Shown here piece by piece: positions 18,826 through 28,978 of a stretch of 64,000 nt of DNA (positions within the stretch are counted from its first letter, which is position 1; each line of letters begins with the position of its first letter). The stretch covers positions 36,155 to 100,154 of the forward strand of contig JAZLBV010000014.1 of NCBI GenBank assembly GCA_045613925.1. Reading direction: 5' to 3'. Source of the DNA: Candidatus Enterousia sp. Its GTDB lineage: Bacteria; Pseudomonadota; Alphaproteobacteria; Rs-D84. Under the pieces are notes generated by a model. The model was given only the letters and a program-made list of their open reading frames with translations. It did no database searches and had not been told where the DNA came from. Position numbers and translations under genes: made by a program.

Positions 18826-19473
18826 ATGCAAAACAATATGTTGATAATGACTTATAATCCAAGAACTGGAACTGATACAATCTCGTTTATACCTATGCAA
18901 CCAATAATGATAATACATCAACAAAATATGCAATTACCAACACAAGTTGTATCTCAGACCAATAAATCTATGCAAACTCAACGTACATGTCGTCCAAAAT
19001 CATCTGATTCAAAACCGATAAATTCTGATGATGATAAAAAATTACCATCCAACGAAAACAAAATCACAGAAACAAAAAACATCATTTATGCAAAATTAGA
19101 AACACCTGATTCAATGTTTAAAAGACGTATGCGTCCATATATGACAAGTGGTCAACGTCATCGCGTTAAACAAACAATAAACAAAATGTTTTTAGGCACA
19201 TCCAGTGCCATTGAAGATATCGATGATACCAACATTGACATCGTCGCCACATATACACCACGTGCAAGACAATTTGACAAAGTGGCGCGTAATATACTGT
19301 CATTGCCAGAATATCAACAACGCAAAAAAGAAATCTTGCGTTCTGGTGTATTGAATGAAAACCATAAACATACTGATGTTTTACCGAAAAAATGTATAAC
19401 AAAATTCGATAACTCCGTCAGAATTAATGGTGCAGTGGTTTATGCTGAATTAAATTTTGACATTACACGTTAA
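18826..19473 (+). CDS. Hypothetical protein
   Basis: AAGGA RBS; 215-aa ORF between gatB and miaB. Confidence 0.6.
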   Translation: MQNNMLIMTYNPRTGTDTISFIPMQPIMIIHQQNMQLPTQVVSQTNKSMQTQRTCRPKSSDSKPINSDDDKKLPSNENKITETKNIIYAKLETPDSMFKRRMRPYMTSGQRHRVKQTINKMFLGTSSAIEDIDDTNIDIVATYTPRARQFDKVARNILSLPEYQQRKKEILRSGVLNENHKHTDVLPKKCITKFDNSVRINGAVVYAELNFDITR

Positions 19474-19483
19474 GGGCACCGCA

Positions 19484-20788
19484 ATGCAGAAATTCTTTAT
19501 ACAAACTTTTGGTTGCCAAATGAACGTCTATGACGGTCAACGAATCGCTAATATGTTAAAGTTGCGTGGTATGATCGAAACAAACAATATATCAGATGCT
19601 GACTTAATCATCCTTAATACATGCGCAGTTCGTGAAAAGGCAACCAACAAAGTTTATTCTGCACTTGGGCGCATTCGTCGGGCAAAGAAAGAATCTGCCC
19701 TGTTCGGCATAGTTGGTTGCGTTGCACGCGAATCGGGCGGAGATGCTTTCAAAAGAATTCCTGAATTAAATTTTGTTCTTGGGCCACAAAGTTATCACAA
19801 ACTGCCCGAAATTATTGACAACCCAGAAACAAAATTATTAAACATAGATTTAACAGGGATTGAAAAATTTGATGAATTACCCCAGATGACACAAACACCA
19901 ACTGTCGCATATATACCAGTGCAAGAAGGTTGCAATCATTGTTGCACATATTGTATTGTACCGTATACCCGTGGTCGTGAAATATCGCGTCCATTTAATG
20001 ATGTTATCAATGACACTTTAAACGCTGCAAAAACTGGTGCGTTGGAAATATGCTTTTTGGGACAAAATGTAAACGGATATAAATATACAGATGAACAAGG
20101 AAACACATATCGGCTTTCTGATTTGATTCGTGAAACGGCAAAAATGCCCGAAATCCAACGTATACGCTTTACATCCAGTTATCCAACTGAAATGTCTGAT
20201 GATTTAATTGAAATATTTGGAACAGAACCAAAATTATTGCCTTTTTTAAATATGCCTATACAAAGTGGTTCACCACGTATATTAAAATTAATGAACCGCC
20301 CAGACGATTTAAATGTATACAGAACAATAGTTAGAAAATTAAAAGCTATCCGTCCAGACATTCAAATATCATCTGATTTTATCGTTGGATTTCCAGATGA
20401 AACAAATGATGATTTTGAACAGACACTTGACATAGCACGTGAAATAAAATACATAAATTCATATTCATTTAAATATTCGCCCCGTCCACATACGGCGGCT
20501 GCATTGATGAAGAATCAAATATCAGAACAAATAAAATCCGTGCGTTTACAAAAATTAGATTCTCAATTAAATGAAAATCAACGTGAATTTAATATATCCT
20601 GTATTGATAAAGAAATGATTTGTTTATGCGAAGGCACTGACAAAACTGGTAAACACTTGGTATTCAGAACCCCATATATGCAACAATGCATTGTTGAAAA
20701 ACCTGATTACGAAATATCCCCATTACAAAAAATAAAAATAACAGATGCAAACAAAGCATCACTTCGTGGTCAAATAATCAAAGATTAA
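19484..20788 (+). CDS. miaB: tRNA methylthiotransferase MiaB
   Basis: TFGCQMNVYD, NTCAVREKA, radical SAM CNHCCTYC, SDFIVGFP. Confidence 0.95.
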   Translation: MQKFFIQTFGCQMNVYDGQRIANMLKLRGMIETNNISDADLIILNTCAVREKATNKVYSALGRIRRAKKESALFGIVGCVARESGGDAFKRIPELNFVLGPQSYHKLPEIIDNPETKLLNIDLTGIEKFDELPQMTQTPTVAYIPVQEGCNHCCTYCIVPYTRGREISRPFNDVINDTLNAAKTGALEICFLGQNVNGYKYTDEQGNTYRLSDLIRETAKMPEIQRIRFTSSYPTEMSDDLIEIFGTEPKLLPFLNMPIQSGSPRILKLMNRPDDLNVYRTIVRKLKAIRPDIQISSDFIVGFPDETNDDFEQTLDIAREIKYINSYSFKYSPRPHTAAALMKNQISEQIKSVRLQKLDSQLNENQREFNISCIDKEMICLCEGTDKTGKHLVFRTPYMQQCIVEKPDYEISPLQKIKITDANKASLRGQIIKD

Positions 20789-22344
20789 AATTCTATTTTA
20801 CCTGATATTGATGCACGATAATTTACATTATATTCATCTTTAAAAATATCGACACCAACAAACGCACCTGCCCCGTCGCTTACAGATACAAAACCAAATT
20901 TAAACATTGCAAACATATTATTATTCGTTGCAATTCCGCCACCGGCCGAGTATTCATATTTTGTACCATCAATTGTAAAGTTGTACATCAAATTACCACC
21001 AGTACGCAAACTGACATCTGTATCAGAAAAATCCAAAACTTTTTGATTATGAAAAACACCACCAACAAAAGGTGAAATTACAAAACCCTCAAAAACCTTA
21101 TAATCGTATCCGCCGTCAATTCCGCCGTATAGCGCATATCCAAATGGATTATTTTTTATACCATCATTTGTGTAAATATAATCTGCTTTGAAATCAGCCA
21201 AAGAAATTCCACCGATACCACTAATCCAAAAATTATCTATATATTTTTTAACCTTTAAATCTGTTCCATACACTGTCCCCGAAAAATCATTAAAATCATT
21301 TTCATAATTAAATTTATTAAAAAACATCCCGATATTAAAATATAAATCTTCGTATCTATTGCCAACATCCGCACGTAATTCATACCCAGAAAAATCCCCA
21401 GATAATATATATGCAGGCCCCAACCTTAATCCAACCTTATCACCATAATCAAAAATTTTCATCAAAGAAAAATTGTTCATTGCCACAACAGACCGCACCA
21501 AAATAGAACGATTGAACCTATACGAAGAATTCATAATATCGTGTAATTCATCTATGTTGCTGGCCGCATTCATAGCACGCAACAATTTATCATCAGCATT
21601 GTTTTCTTGTAACTCTTTGAAAAAACTAGTGTCTTCATCATCAAACACTTTGTCATAATCTGTTTCACGAACAACATTTAATATTGCCCCAGTTTCAACA
21701 GACTGAACAGTAACGGTATATAAATTTCCCGAGTTTAATAATATAATATTTATATTTGAAGCATTGTTCACATGTCTTATAACATCACCTGAATGCAACG
21801 TTTCGGGATTATTGATATACAATGTAACATTATTGACTTCAATATTTGCATCCCAATTTTGCCATTCTGCAAAATCATTCATAACTATCCCAGAATTAGT
21901 TATCTGAAAAGCGCCAACGTGGTTCAAAGTCTTTAACTGATTTAAATCTGCCATACCGGAAAAACCAGTCATTTGAACATTAACATTATGATTCCCAGAA
22001 ACATTCAAACTATGTATATCCCCAGCAGAATTTATTATTTGGGTAAGCTCGCAATTATCATACATAATAATACTACCGTTAATTGTACCACCATTACGTA
22101 TATAAATAAGCTTTTCATTTGTATCTATATCCGCATTTATGACACCATCATTATTAATCGTTATACCATTAGAATCTATGAATATAACGCCCCCAAATGC
22201 AGAATTTATAACCGCACCACTATACACATTTATATAATCATCAGAAAAAGATTCCACATAATTTGTAGTGCCTGCGTAAAAATCTTCAGCATACGCACAA
22301 AAACAGAAAGATATCAAAATAAAAGAATATATGAATCTTTTCAT
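20785..22344 (-). CDS. Outer-membrane autotransporter-like protein
   Basis: Signal peptide, Asn/Ile-rich beta-helix-like passenger, C-terminal barrel ending in Phe. Confidence 0.6.
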   Translation of the reverse strand: MKRFIYSFILISFCFCAYAEDFYAGTTNYVESFSDDYINVYSGAVINSAFGGVIFIDSNGITINNDGVINADIDTNEKLIYIRNGGTINGSIIMYDNCELTQIINSAGDIHSLNVSGNHNVNVQMTGFSGMADLNQLKTLNHVGAFQITNSGIVMNDFAEWQNWDANIEVNNVTLYINNPETLHSGDVIRHVNNASNINIILLNSGNLYTVTVQSVETGAILNVVRETDYDKVFDDEDTSFFKELQENNADDKLLRAMNAASNIDELHDIMNSSYRFNRSILVRSVVAMNNFSLMKIFDYGDKVGLRLGPAYILSGDFSGYELRADVGNRYEDLYFNIGMFFNKFNYENDFNDFSGTVYGTDLKVKKYIDNFWISGIGGISLADFKADYIYTNDGIKNNPFGYALYGGIDGGYDYKVFEGFVISPFVGGVFHNQKVLDFSDTDVSLRTGGNLMYNFTIDGTKYEYSAGGGIATNNNMFAMFKFGFVSVSDGAGAFVGVDIFKDEYNVNYRASISGKIEF

Positions 22345-22392
22345 AAATCAATTATGACAAGATATCACTATTTTTTGCAACAATAAAATAAT

Positions 22393-22418
22393 AAAAAATC
22401 CCGTTCAAAACGGGATTT
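22393..22418 (-). terminator. Intrinsic terminator after the OMP gene
   Basis: AAATCCCGTT/AACGGGATTT hairpin with U tract on the minus strand. Confidence 0.65.
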
Positions 22419-22440
22419 ATACAAAGAAACAAAGAAAATA

Positions 22441-23055
22441 CTAGAATTTATAACGAATACCGATATCAGCACTGAAATTATGCATTCCAGAAGAAACATC
22501 GATATAATTATAACGAGCTGCAACATCAACAGAATAGCAACCGAACGGCATAGCCAACCCCAATGTCGCCATACCTGAAAATCTGGTATGTTCACTGCTA
22601 TGAGAAAATCCGACATATTCTTCTTTTGTTTCTATAAAGGCCATACCTGCACCCAAACCTACAAATGGTTGAATATATCTGAAATGCCCAATATCCATAT
22701 AGGTATTTGCCATTAATTCGATATTTTCTGTAGAAATTTCTACATTTTCAAGTGTTCCAAAATTCTTTTTTTCTTTGCCTTTGGTGAAGAAAGAACCCTC
22801 AATTTCCAAACGTGCGGTATCATACATAGATAAACCCAACGCAGTACGAATTTGATACAAATTCTGTGATACGTGTTCTTTTACATCGTTGAACGCATAA
22901 TTTAAATTACCGTATGTGGCACCACCACGCAACGCTATATAGGGTAAAATATCCCACCCCATAAAATTGGTTGTTTGTTGTTCATAGGCGTTACCACCTG
23001 CGAACGCTGGAACTGCCAGTAATACTGCCATAGAAGTGGCAATAAGTTTTTTCAT
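22441..23055 (-). CDS. Outer-membrane beta-barrel protein (opacity/Omp family)
   Basis: Start ATG 23055 with AAGGAG; RLEIEG, MANTYMD, PFVGLGAG, terminal GIRYKF. Confidence 0.8.
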   Translation of the reverse strand: MKKLIATSMAVLLAVPAFAGGNAYEQQTTNFMGWDILPYIALRGGATYGNLNYAFNDVKEHVSQNLYQIRTALGLSMYDTARLEIEGSFFTKGKEKKNFGTLENVEISTENIELMANTYMDIGHFRYIQPFVGLGAGMAFIETKEEYVGFSHSSEHTRFSGMATLGLAMPFGCYSVDVAARYNYIDVSSGMHNFSADIGIRYKF

Positions 23056-23185
23056 AATTTTCTCCTTTTGTTGCTGATTAATCTCAACACTTGTTATTCT
23101 ATCAGATGACACACGAGATTTATACAGGGATGAATCCCCAGGAAGAAAATCCTGTATACGCCAAAAACCGTCGTATAAACAATAT

Positions 23186-23860
23186 TTATATAGATAATTT
23201 TTTAATAGCAAAATCCGCCATCATCAAACCGAAACAACCCGTTACGGTAATAATAGATCCAAATTCTTTGCCACCATTTTGTTGTGGCGTTGCACTTTCA
23301 ACAGAATACACCACTGGAAAATCAGGTAATTTAATATCACGAACAATCTTTCTTATTTTTGACGCCAATGGACACATACTAGTTCTTGATATCTTATCAA
23401 TTCTGATTTTATCCATATCTGTTTTACGTGCCGCCCCCATACTGGATATAAATCGAACATCATTATCAAAACACCATTTATAAATAGCGATTTTTGATTG
23501 AACTGTATCAATTGCATCAATCACATAGTCGGGTTTAATATCAATATTTGTATTTTCATCAAAAAACATATTGAACGTGTCTACTTTAATCTGTGGATTA
23601 ATATCAAAAATACGTTGCTTAGCAACATCCACCTTGTTCTTTCCAATACTAGAATCCAAAGCAAATAGTTGTCTATTTATATTTGATTCTTCAACTTTAT
23701 CAAAATCAATTAATACCAAATGCCCTATTCCGCTGCGCGCTAAAGCCTCTATAGCAAAAGAGCCAACTGCACCACAACCAACAACCATCACTGTTGATTT
23801 TTGTAATTTCAACACAGCATCTTCACCAAACAATAACTTTATTCTATGCAATCTGTTCAT
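23186..23860 (-). CDS. tcdA: tRNA threonylcarbamoyladenosine dehydratase (ThiF family)
   Basis: VGCGAVGS, SNINRQ, SSMGAA, CPLA. Confidence 0.88.
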   Translation of the reverse strand: MNRLHRIKLLFGEDAVLKLQKSTVMVVGCGAVGSFAIEALARSGIGHLVLIDFDKVEESNINRQLFALDSSIGKNKVDVAKQRIFDINPQIKVDTFNMFFDENTNIDIKPDYVIDAIDTVQSKIAIYKWCFDNDVRFISSMGAARKTDMDKIRIDKISRTSMCPLASKIRKIVRDIKLPDFPVVYSVESATPQQNGGKEFGSIITVTGCFGLMMADFAIKKLSI

Positions 23861-24545
23861 TTTTCAAAATCCTTAGACTGTTATCATATATAATCTTTGC
23901 TGCATCTTTTTCGTGTTTTATCTCAGAAATTTTATTCACCAAATCTTTCAAGTAAACATCCTTATTACCATCTGTTTCAACAACAATCTTATTCAAAGGA
24001 ATTTGTTCTATACGACAGTTTCTACCGTATACAGCATTTTTACCAACAGAAAACACAACATTATAACTATCTATTAATTTTTGCATTATTTGTATTGAAT
24101 CATTAAAACCGTGAATAACAATTATCGGCAATCTAGATTTTTTATATTGCTTTAATATTTGTAAAACCTTGTCCCAGGCCCCCACACAATGCAAAATAAT
24201 ATTTCTTTGTAAATCAACAGCAACATCTAATTGTTTAACAAACACTTCCAGCTGTTTATCAATATCGGCTTTGAATTTATCAAGCCCAATTTCACCAATC
24301 ATATAAGACCGATTCGTTTTTAATAAATCTTTTAATCGAATATCAAAATCATTTGCAACGCCATTAACAAACCACGGATGAACACCAAAACAAGGATAAA
24401 TTTTTTTATCATTATTCACCATATTAATCAAAATTGGCCATTGGGATTCATTAACAGCACAACAAATAGTCCCCACAACATCAGGTTGAATATTATGGGC
24501 TATATAATCAATATGACTATGCACATCAATTATTTTCATTTTCAA
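23844..24545 (-). CDS. TatD family hydrolase
   Basis: IDVHSH, GVHPW, IGEIGLD, ETD. Confidence 0.9.
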   Translation of the reverse strand: MKMKIIDVHSHIDYIAHNIQPDVVGTICCAVNESQWPILINMVNNDKKIYPCFGVHPWFVNGVANDFDIRLKDLLKTNRSYMIGEIGLDKFKADIDKQLEVFVKQLDVAVDLQRNIILHCVGAWDKVLQILKQYKKSRLPIIVIHGFNDSIQIMQKLIDSYNVVFSVGKNAVYGRNCRIEQIPLNKIVVETDGNKDVYLKDLVNKISEIKHEKDAAKIIYDNSLRILKNEQIA

Positions 24546-24570
24546 TCATCACAGCTAGATAAAAATATAG

Positions 24571-24646
24571 TGGTGGACGCACAGGGACTCGAACCCTGGA
24601 CCCACTGATTAAGAGTCAGTTGCTCTACCAACTGAGCTATGCATCC
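24571..24646 (-). tRNA. tRNA-Lys(CTT)
   Basis: GGATGCATAGCTCAGTTGGTAGAGC...CTCTTAA...GGTTCGAGTCC...GTCCACCA, 76 nt. Confidence 0.97.
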
Positions 24647-24796
24647 AAACCCGTCAAATCCATAGGATTATAAATTATTTTCTACAAAAAGCAAGGGCAA
24701 TTATGGAAACTATATAAACAATCAATACCATTTTCCATATTCATATATTTACCAGAACCAATCTGTTACACAACAGCAACCACAAAAACCTGTCCC

Positions 24797-26386
24797 TTAT
24801 TTTTTCAAATAAGATATTGGATTATAGGCCTTGGTTCCCTTACGAATTTCAAAATGTAATTGTGGTTTATCAACCTTGCCAGTCTTTCCAATTTTACCAA
24901 TTACGCTACCCACGGACACCTTGCTGCCACGTTTAACAGACATAGAATCCAAATGCGCGTATACGGTCATCCAACCATCACTGTGTTGAATAATAATCAA
25001 ATTACCCATACCCTTTACTTCGTTCCCTGCATATGCAACAACACCATTTTCTGCCGCCTTGACTGCTGCCCCTTGGGACGCAGCAATATTGATACCATCA
25101 TTAAATAATCCCTTACTTTTTGACCCATATTGCGACAAAATCTTTCCACGAATCGGCCAAGAAAACTTAGACGACGAACGTGCCGCAATCTTTGGCAATT
25201 GCTGTTTAGGATTCGAAGAGATCTTCGTTTTTTGCACCGCCTTGACCGGTGTTTTCTCAGCAACAACTGGTGTAGCCGTTTTGTTCGTATTTGATATCTT
25301 TTTAATATTTTTATCTGACTTAGCCGGCGCCTTTTTATTTGTTTCTTTCTTAACTTCTACCTTTTTGTCTGCAACAGGTTTAGCAGGCGTTATCTTCTTT
25401 TCTGGCTTTGATGTACTGGTTGTTTTGGCTTCTTTAACCGCAACATCAGATTTTATTTTTTTGATTTCATTTGCAGAACGAACCTCTACATTATCCAATT
25501 TTGGAACCTTTAATTTTTGCCCCACAGACAAAGTAAACGGACTTGATAATTTATTCATAACCGCTAAATCATTAACAGGTATTTGATACTTACGCGATAT
25601 TGAATACAAAGTATCCCCAGGATTTACGACTATTTCTTGCAAATCAACACGCTTTACAGTATTAGGTTTTATCTCTGACACATTTACTGTATCCGGTGTT
25701 TTTTGCGGCGTTGCTGTTTCAGCTTTAATCTGTGCAACACGTTCCACAGAAATAACATTTTCAATCTTATCTTGGGCAATCGCTGCCGCACGAACACGCA
25801 ATTTTTGGCCGATTGACAACGTATACGGAGATTTCAAAGAATTTATTTTTGCCAGTTCTTCAACACTGGTATAATACTTTTTCGCAATTGAATAAAGAGT
25901 ATCACCTTTGACAATCACTATTTCATCAGCATCTATTTTTTTATCATCAGTTTTTTCAAGCTCTATTTTGTCAGGCGCTTCTTCAAAAAAACCACCATAG
26001 GTCGGAACAATTAAATAATCCTGTTCTGGTTCAGGTTGTAAAATAATCTCTTTATCTTCTTTTTGTTCTGCGGATTCATCATCTGAATCAATCGTAGTAT
26101 TATCCACAGGCGCCAAAACATAGTCATCAACACTGGCATACATAACATAATCATCAATATTAGAAGAACCATACAATTCAGGTGAAGCATACACACCATA
26201 ATCCATTACCGCAGAATTATATATCTCTGGTTGTGCATTTGGATCCGCCAACAACGCAGGATACCTATCCGAAATAAATTCACCGATACTATCAGGAATT
26301 GATGCAATTTTGGGCTGTAAATCACATCCCGATAAAACAGGAATAAATAAAATAACCAGACAAAAAAAACTACGCCACATTCTCAT
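24797..26386 (-). CDS. LysM/M23 lipoprotein (NlpD/DipM-like)
   Basis: Lipobox LSGC; two LysM domains (GDTLYSI); M23 domain NDGINI, YAHL, LHFEIR. Confidence 0.9.
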   Translation of the reverse strand: MRMWRSFFCLVILFIPVLSGCDLQPKIASIPDSIGEFISDRYPALLADPNAQPEIYNSAVMDYGVYASPELYGSSNIDDYVMYASVDDYVLAPVDNTTIDSDDESAEQKEDKEIILQPEPEQDYLIVPTYGGFFEEAPDKIELEKTDDKKIDADEIVIVKGDTLYSIAKKYYTSVEELAKINSLKSPYTLSIGQKLRVRAAAIAQDKIENVISVERVAQIKAETATPQKTPDTVNVSEIKPNTVKRVDLQEIVVNPGDTLYSISRKYQIPVNDLAVMNKLSSPFTLSVGQKLKVPKLDNVEVRSANEIKKIKSDVAVKEAKTTSTSKPEKKITPAKPVADKKVEVKKETNKKAPAKSDKNIKKISNTNKTATPVVAEKTPVKAVQKTKISSNPKQQLPKIAARSSSKFSWPIRGKILSQYGSKSKGLFNDGINIAASQGAAVKAAENGVVAYAGNEVKGMGNLIIIQHSDGWMTVYAHLDSMSVKRGSKVSVGSVIGKIGKTGKVDKPQLHFEIRKGTKAYNPISYLKK

Positions 26387-26425
26387 ACGGTAAATTATAC
26401 CACAAAAAAGGCATAAATAAAACGA

Positions 26426-27133
26426 CTATCGGTCAGAATTCATAAAAAACAAACTGATTTCAAACAGCAACCACATTGGTATAGCCAAAAGAATCTGAGA
26501 AATAATATCTGGCGGTGTTAAAACCGCAGCAAAAACGAAAATTATAACAACAACATATTTACGACTTTGTATAGCTGTCTTTTTGGACAACAGCCCCACC
26601 CTGTTCAACAAAACCAGAATCAAAGGCAATTGAAAAGCAACACCAAAAATTTTCAATAAATCAATAGCAAAAGCCAAATACCCACGCACAGCCGGAAATA
26701 ATACTGTCGGCACATTACCAGATGTATTTAAATCGATAAAAAATTTGAACACTATCGGGAATAAAACATAAAAAGCAAACAATGCACCAACAACAAACAA
26801 CACAGGTGATAATAAAAATATAGGCAACAAAAATTGCTTTTCATTTTTGTGCAAACCAGGCGCTATGTAAGCCCAAATATGCCACAACAAAAATGGTATA
26901 GTTATAATCAACGCGACTAATGTTGCTAAAGAAAACTGTATCATCAACCCATCTGATAACCCCGTATACAACAATACCGCATCATTCCAAACATTCATTA
27001 ATGGACGCGTTAAAAAATTTTCTACCATTGGCGCAACAATCCACCCCAAACCAAAGGCAAAAACGAAAATTACCAGCGTCCATAACACCCTGCGCCGCAA
27101 TTCTGCAAAATGTTGCATCAAAGTCATTTTCAT
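26426..27133 (-). CDS. tatC: Twin-arginine translocase TatC
   Basis: HFAELRRR, APGLHKNEK, FQLP, TPPD. Confidence 0.95.
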   Translation of the reverse strand: MKMTLMQHFAELRRRVLWTLVIFVFAFGLGWIVAPMVENFLTRPLMNVWNDAVLLYTGLSDGLMIQFSLATLVALIITIPFLLWHIWAYIAPGLHKNEKQFLLPIFLLSPVLFVVGALFAFYVLFPIVFKFFIDLNTSGNVPTVLFPAVRGYLAFAIDLLKIFGVAFQLPLILVLLNRVGLLSKKTAIQSRKYVVVIIFVFAAVLTPPDIISQILLAIPMWLLFEISLFFMNSDR

Positions 27134-27402
27134 TTTTTCTTAATTGTCCGTTTTGATTTTTTTTGAATTTTTTCACCGAAAATTTCGTTTTTACTTTCAG
27201 TAATCAAATCATCTATGGGTTTTTCTAAATCTAATCTTTGTTGTATCTGTTCAGAAAAATCTGTTGCCTTCCAAACCAATTCACGAATATATTTAAAAAC
27301 ACGTGCAAAAAAACGCGCCACATCAGGCCAATTTTTCACAGGCACAACACAAATTGCCACCAATAAAATAACTAAAAATTCGGTCCAACTTATACCAAAC
27401 AT
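27130..27402 (-). CDS. tatB: Twin-arginine translocase TatB
   Basis: MFGISWTEFLVIL..., directly upstream of tatC. Confidence 0.8.
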   Translation of the reverse strand: MFGISWTEFLVILLVAICVVPVKNWPDVARFFARVFKYIRELVWKATDFSEQIQQRLDLEKPIDDLITESKNEIFGEKIQKKSKRTIKKK

Positions 27403-27410
27403 ATTAAACC

Positions 27411-28025
27411 TTAATCATAAAAATCATCTCCGCCAGATGTGCTGACTGTTTTATGACGTGAAAGTTGGAAATAATTTTTTCCAAAATCCGTTTTAGATTT
27501 TAAATTATTAAACACAACATCTGTCTTGTTAGATGTTGCATCTACCACAGACCAAGATTTTAATTTCACAGGATTTTTATCAAACACAACCGTCATATGC
27601 CCCAAACCTTCTTGGTCACGTAAATTCATTTTCAAAGAAAAGCTATCTTTGCCAGATTTTGTTTCTGAAACATTTATATCTGCATTTTGCAAATCTATGT
27701 GTTTACGAACCAAAATCCCCGCAGGCGTACTAGTCAAAGGAACAGTGGTAATCTGATCCAAAGATTTGTCATAAAAATACAAATCTTTACCATCAGCAAT
27801 TAATTGAATTGGCGCATTCTTATAATCCAAACGCACCCGTCCTGGACGCAACATAGAAAAAACGCCATTTTCTTTCTTACCACCAGATATCTGTGTAAAA
27901 TCCCCCTGCATACCGGTAATAGAATTTAAATATTTTTCTGCACTGTTCACTAATGCCTTATCAACCACCGCATAGCTTGAAAAGCAAACAAACCAGCCAA
28001 CCAACATAAAAAATATTTTTTTCAT
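27411..28025 (-). CDS. lolA: Outer-membrane lipoprotein carrier LolA
   Basis: FTQ, RPGRVRLDY, ADG, PLTSTP. Confidence 0.88.
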   Translation of the reverse strand: MKKIFFMLVGWFVCFSSYAVVDKALVNSAEKYLNSITGMQGDFTQISGGKKENGVFSMLRPGRVRLDYKNAPIQLIADGKDLYFYDKSLDQITTVPLTSTPAGILVRKHIDLQNADINVSETKSGKDSFSLKMNLRDQEGLGHMTVVFDKNPVKLKSWSVVDATSNKTDVVFNNLKSKTDFGKNYFQLSRHKTVSTSGGDDFYD

Positions 28026-28027
28026 TT

Positions 28028-28978
28028 CTACATCCCCTTAAACGCGTTAATTATTCTGTTATGAATATTTTCTAAACTATCTAACACAACAGCCCCTGCA
28101 GCACACAAATGTCCGCCCCCACCAAAAGATTCTGCAATTTGATTTATAGGAACATGTTTACTGCGTATAGAAATTCCAACCTGGTTTTCTTTTTGTTCTT
28201 TTAATAAAACAACAAATTCAACACCTCGAATCTGCCCCAGTAAACTTAGAACTAATTCACCACGACCATCCAATCTTTTGTATTTATCACGATTAATTGT
28301 TGCCACTGCCAATCTATTTTTCATAAAAAATTCGGCGTTTGCCACAGTCTCTGATTCTACCAACACAGTTTTTTTGTCTTTGTTATGTAATAAATTAACA
28401 AGATGTGTCATCTGGGCCCCAGCTTTGACTAAATCTGCAGCATCTGTAAAAACATCACCAGAACGAACAAATTTAAAATTCCCAGTATCTGTGATAATGG
28501 CCAACATCAATAAATCTATGACATCTTGATTTGTTTGAAATTTAGCTTTGCGTATAACATCGTAAATGACCTGGGCAGCAGCAGCCTTATTAACATCATC
28601 AAAACATAAATCTCCGACAACATCTTCATTATAATGATGATCAAATTCTATAACAAAATCGGATTCAGAAATAAATTTTTCACATCCACCCAAATGCGCA
28701 CGCGTTCCATAATCAACCAATATATATAAATCAAATTTAGATTCTGGTGGAATTTTTGCATAATATACAGCCTCTTGTCGCAAAGGCACCCTATCCAAAT
28801 CCCTGGGAACATTACCATCATAAATAACAGTCGCTTTCTTACCAAAATTCAATTCGATAATTTTCATCAAAGCCAACGCAGAACATATTGCATCACCATC
28901 TGGATTTTTATGCCCAGATATAGCGATAGAATTGGCATTTTTTATTTTTTCTATTAAAACTTCTATTTTTTTCATCAT
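28028..28978 (-). CDS. DHH/DHHA1 phosphoesterase (NrnA-like)
   Basis: HKNPDGDA, DHH, TDTGNF, GGGGHLCAAG. Confidence 0.9.
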   Translation of the reverse strand: MMKKIEVLIEKIKNANSIAISGHKNPDGDAICSALALMKIIELNFGKKATVIYDGNVPRDLDRVPLRQEAVYYAKIPPESKFDLYILVDYGTRAHLGGCEKFISESDFVIEFDHHYNEDVVGDLCFDDVNKAAAAQVIYDVIRKAKFQTNQDVIDLLMLAIITDTGNFKFVRSGDVFTDAADLVKAGAQMTHLVNLLHNKDKKTVLVESETVANAEFFMKNRLAVATINRDKYKRLDGRGELVLSLLGQIRGVEFVVLLKEQKENQVGISIRSKHVPINQIAESFGGGGHLCAAGAVVLDSLENIHNRIINAFKGM

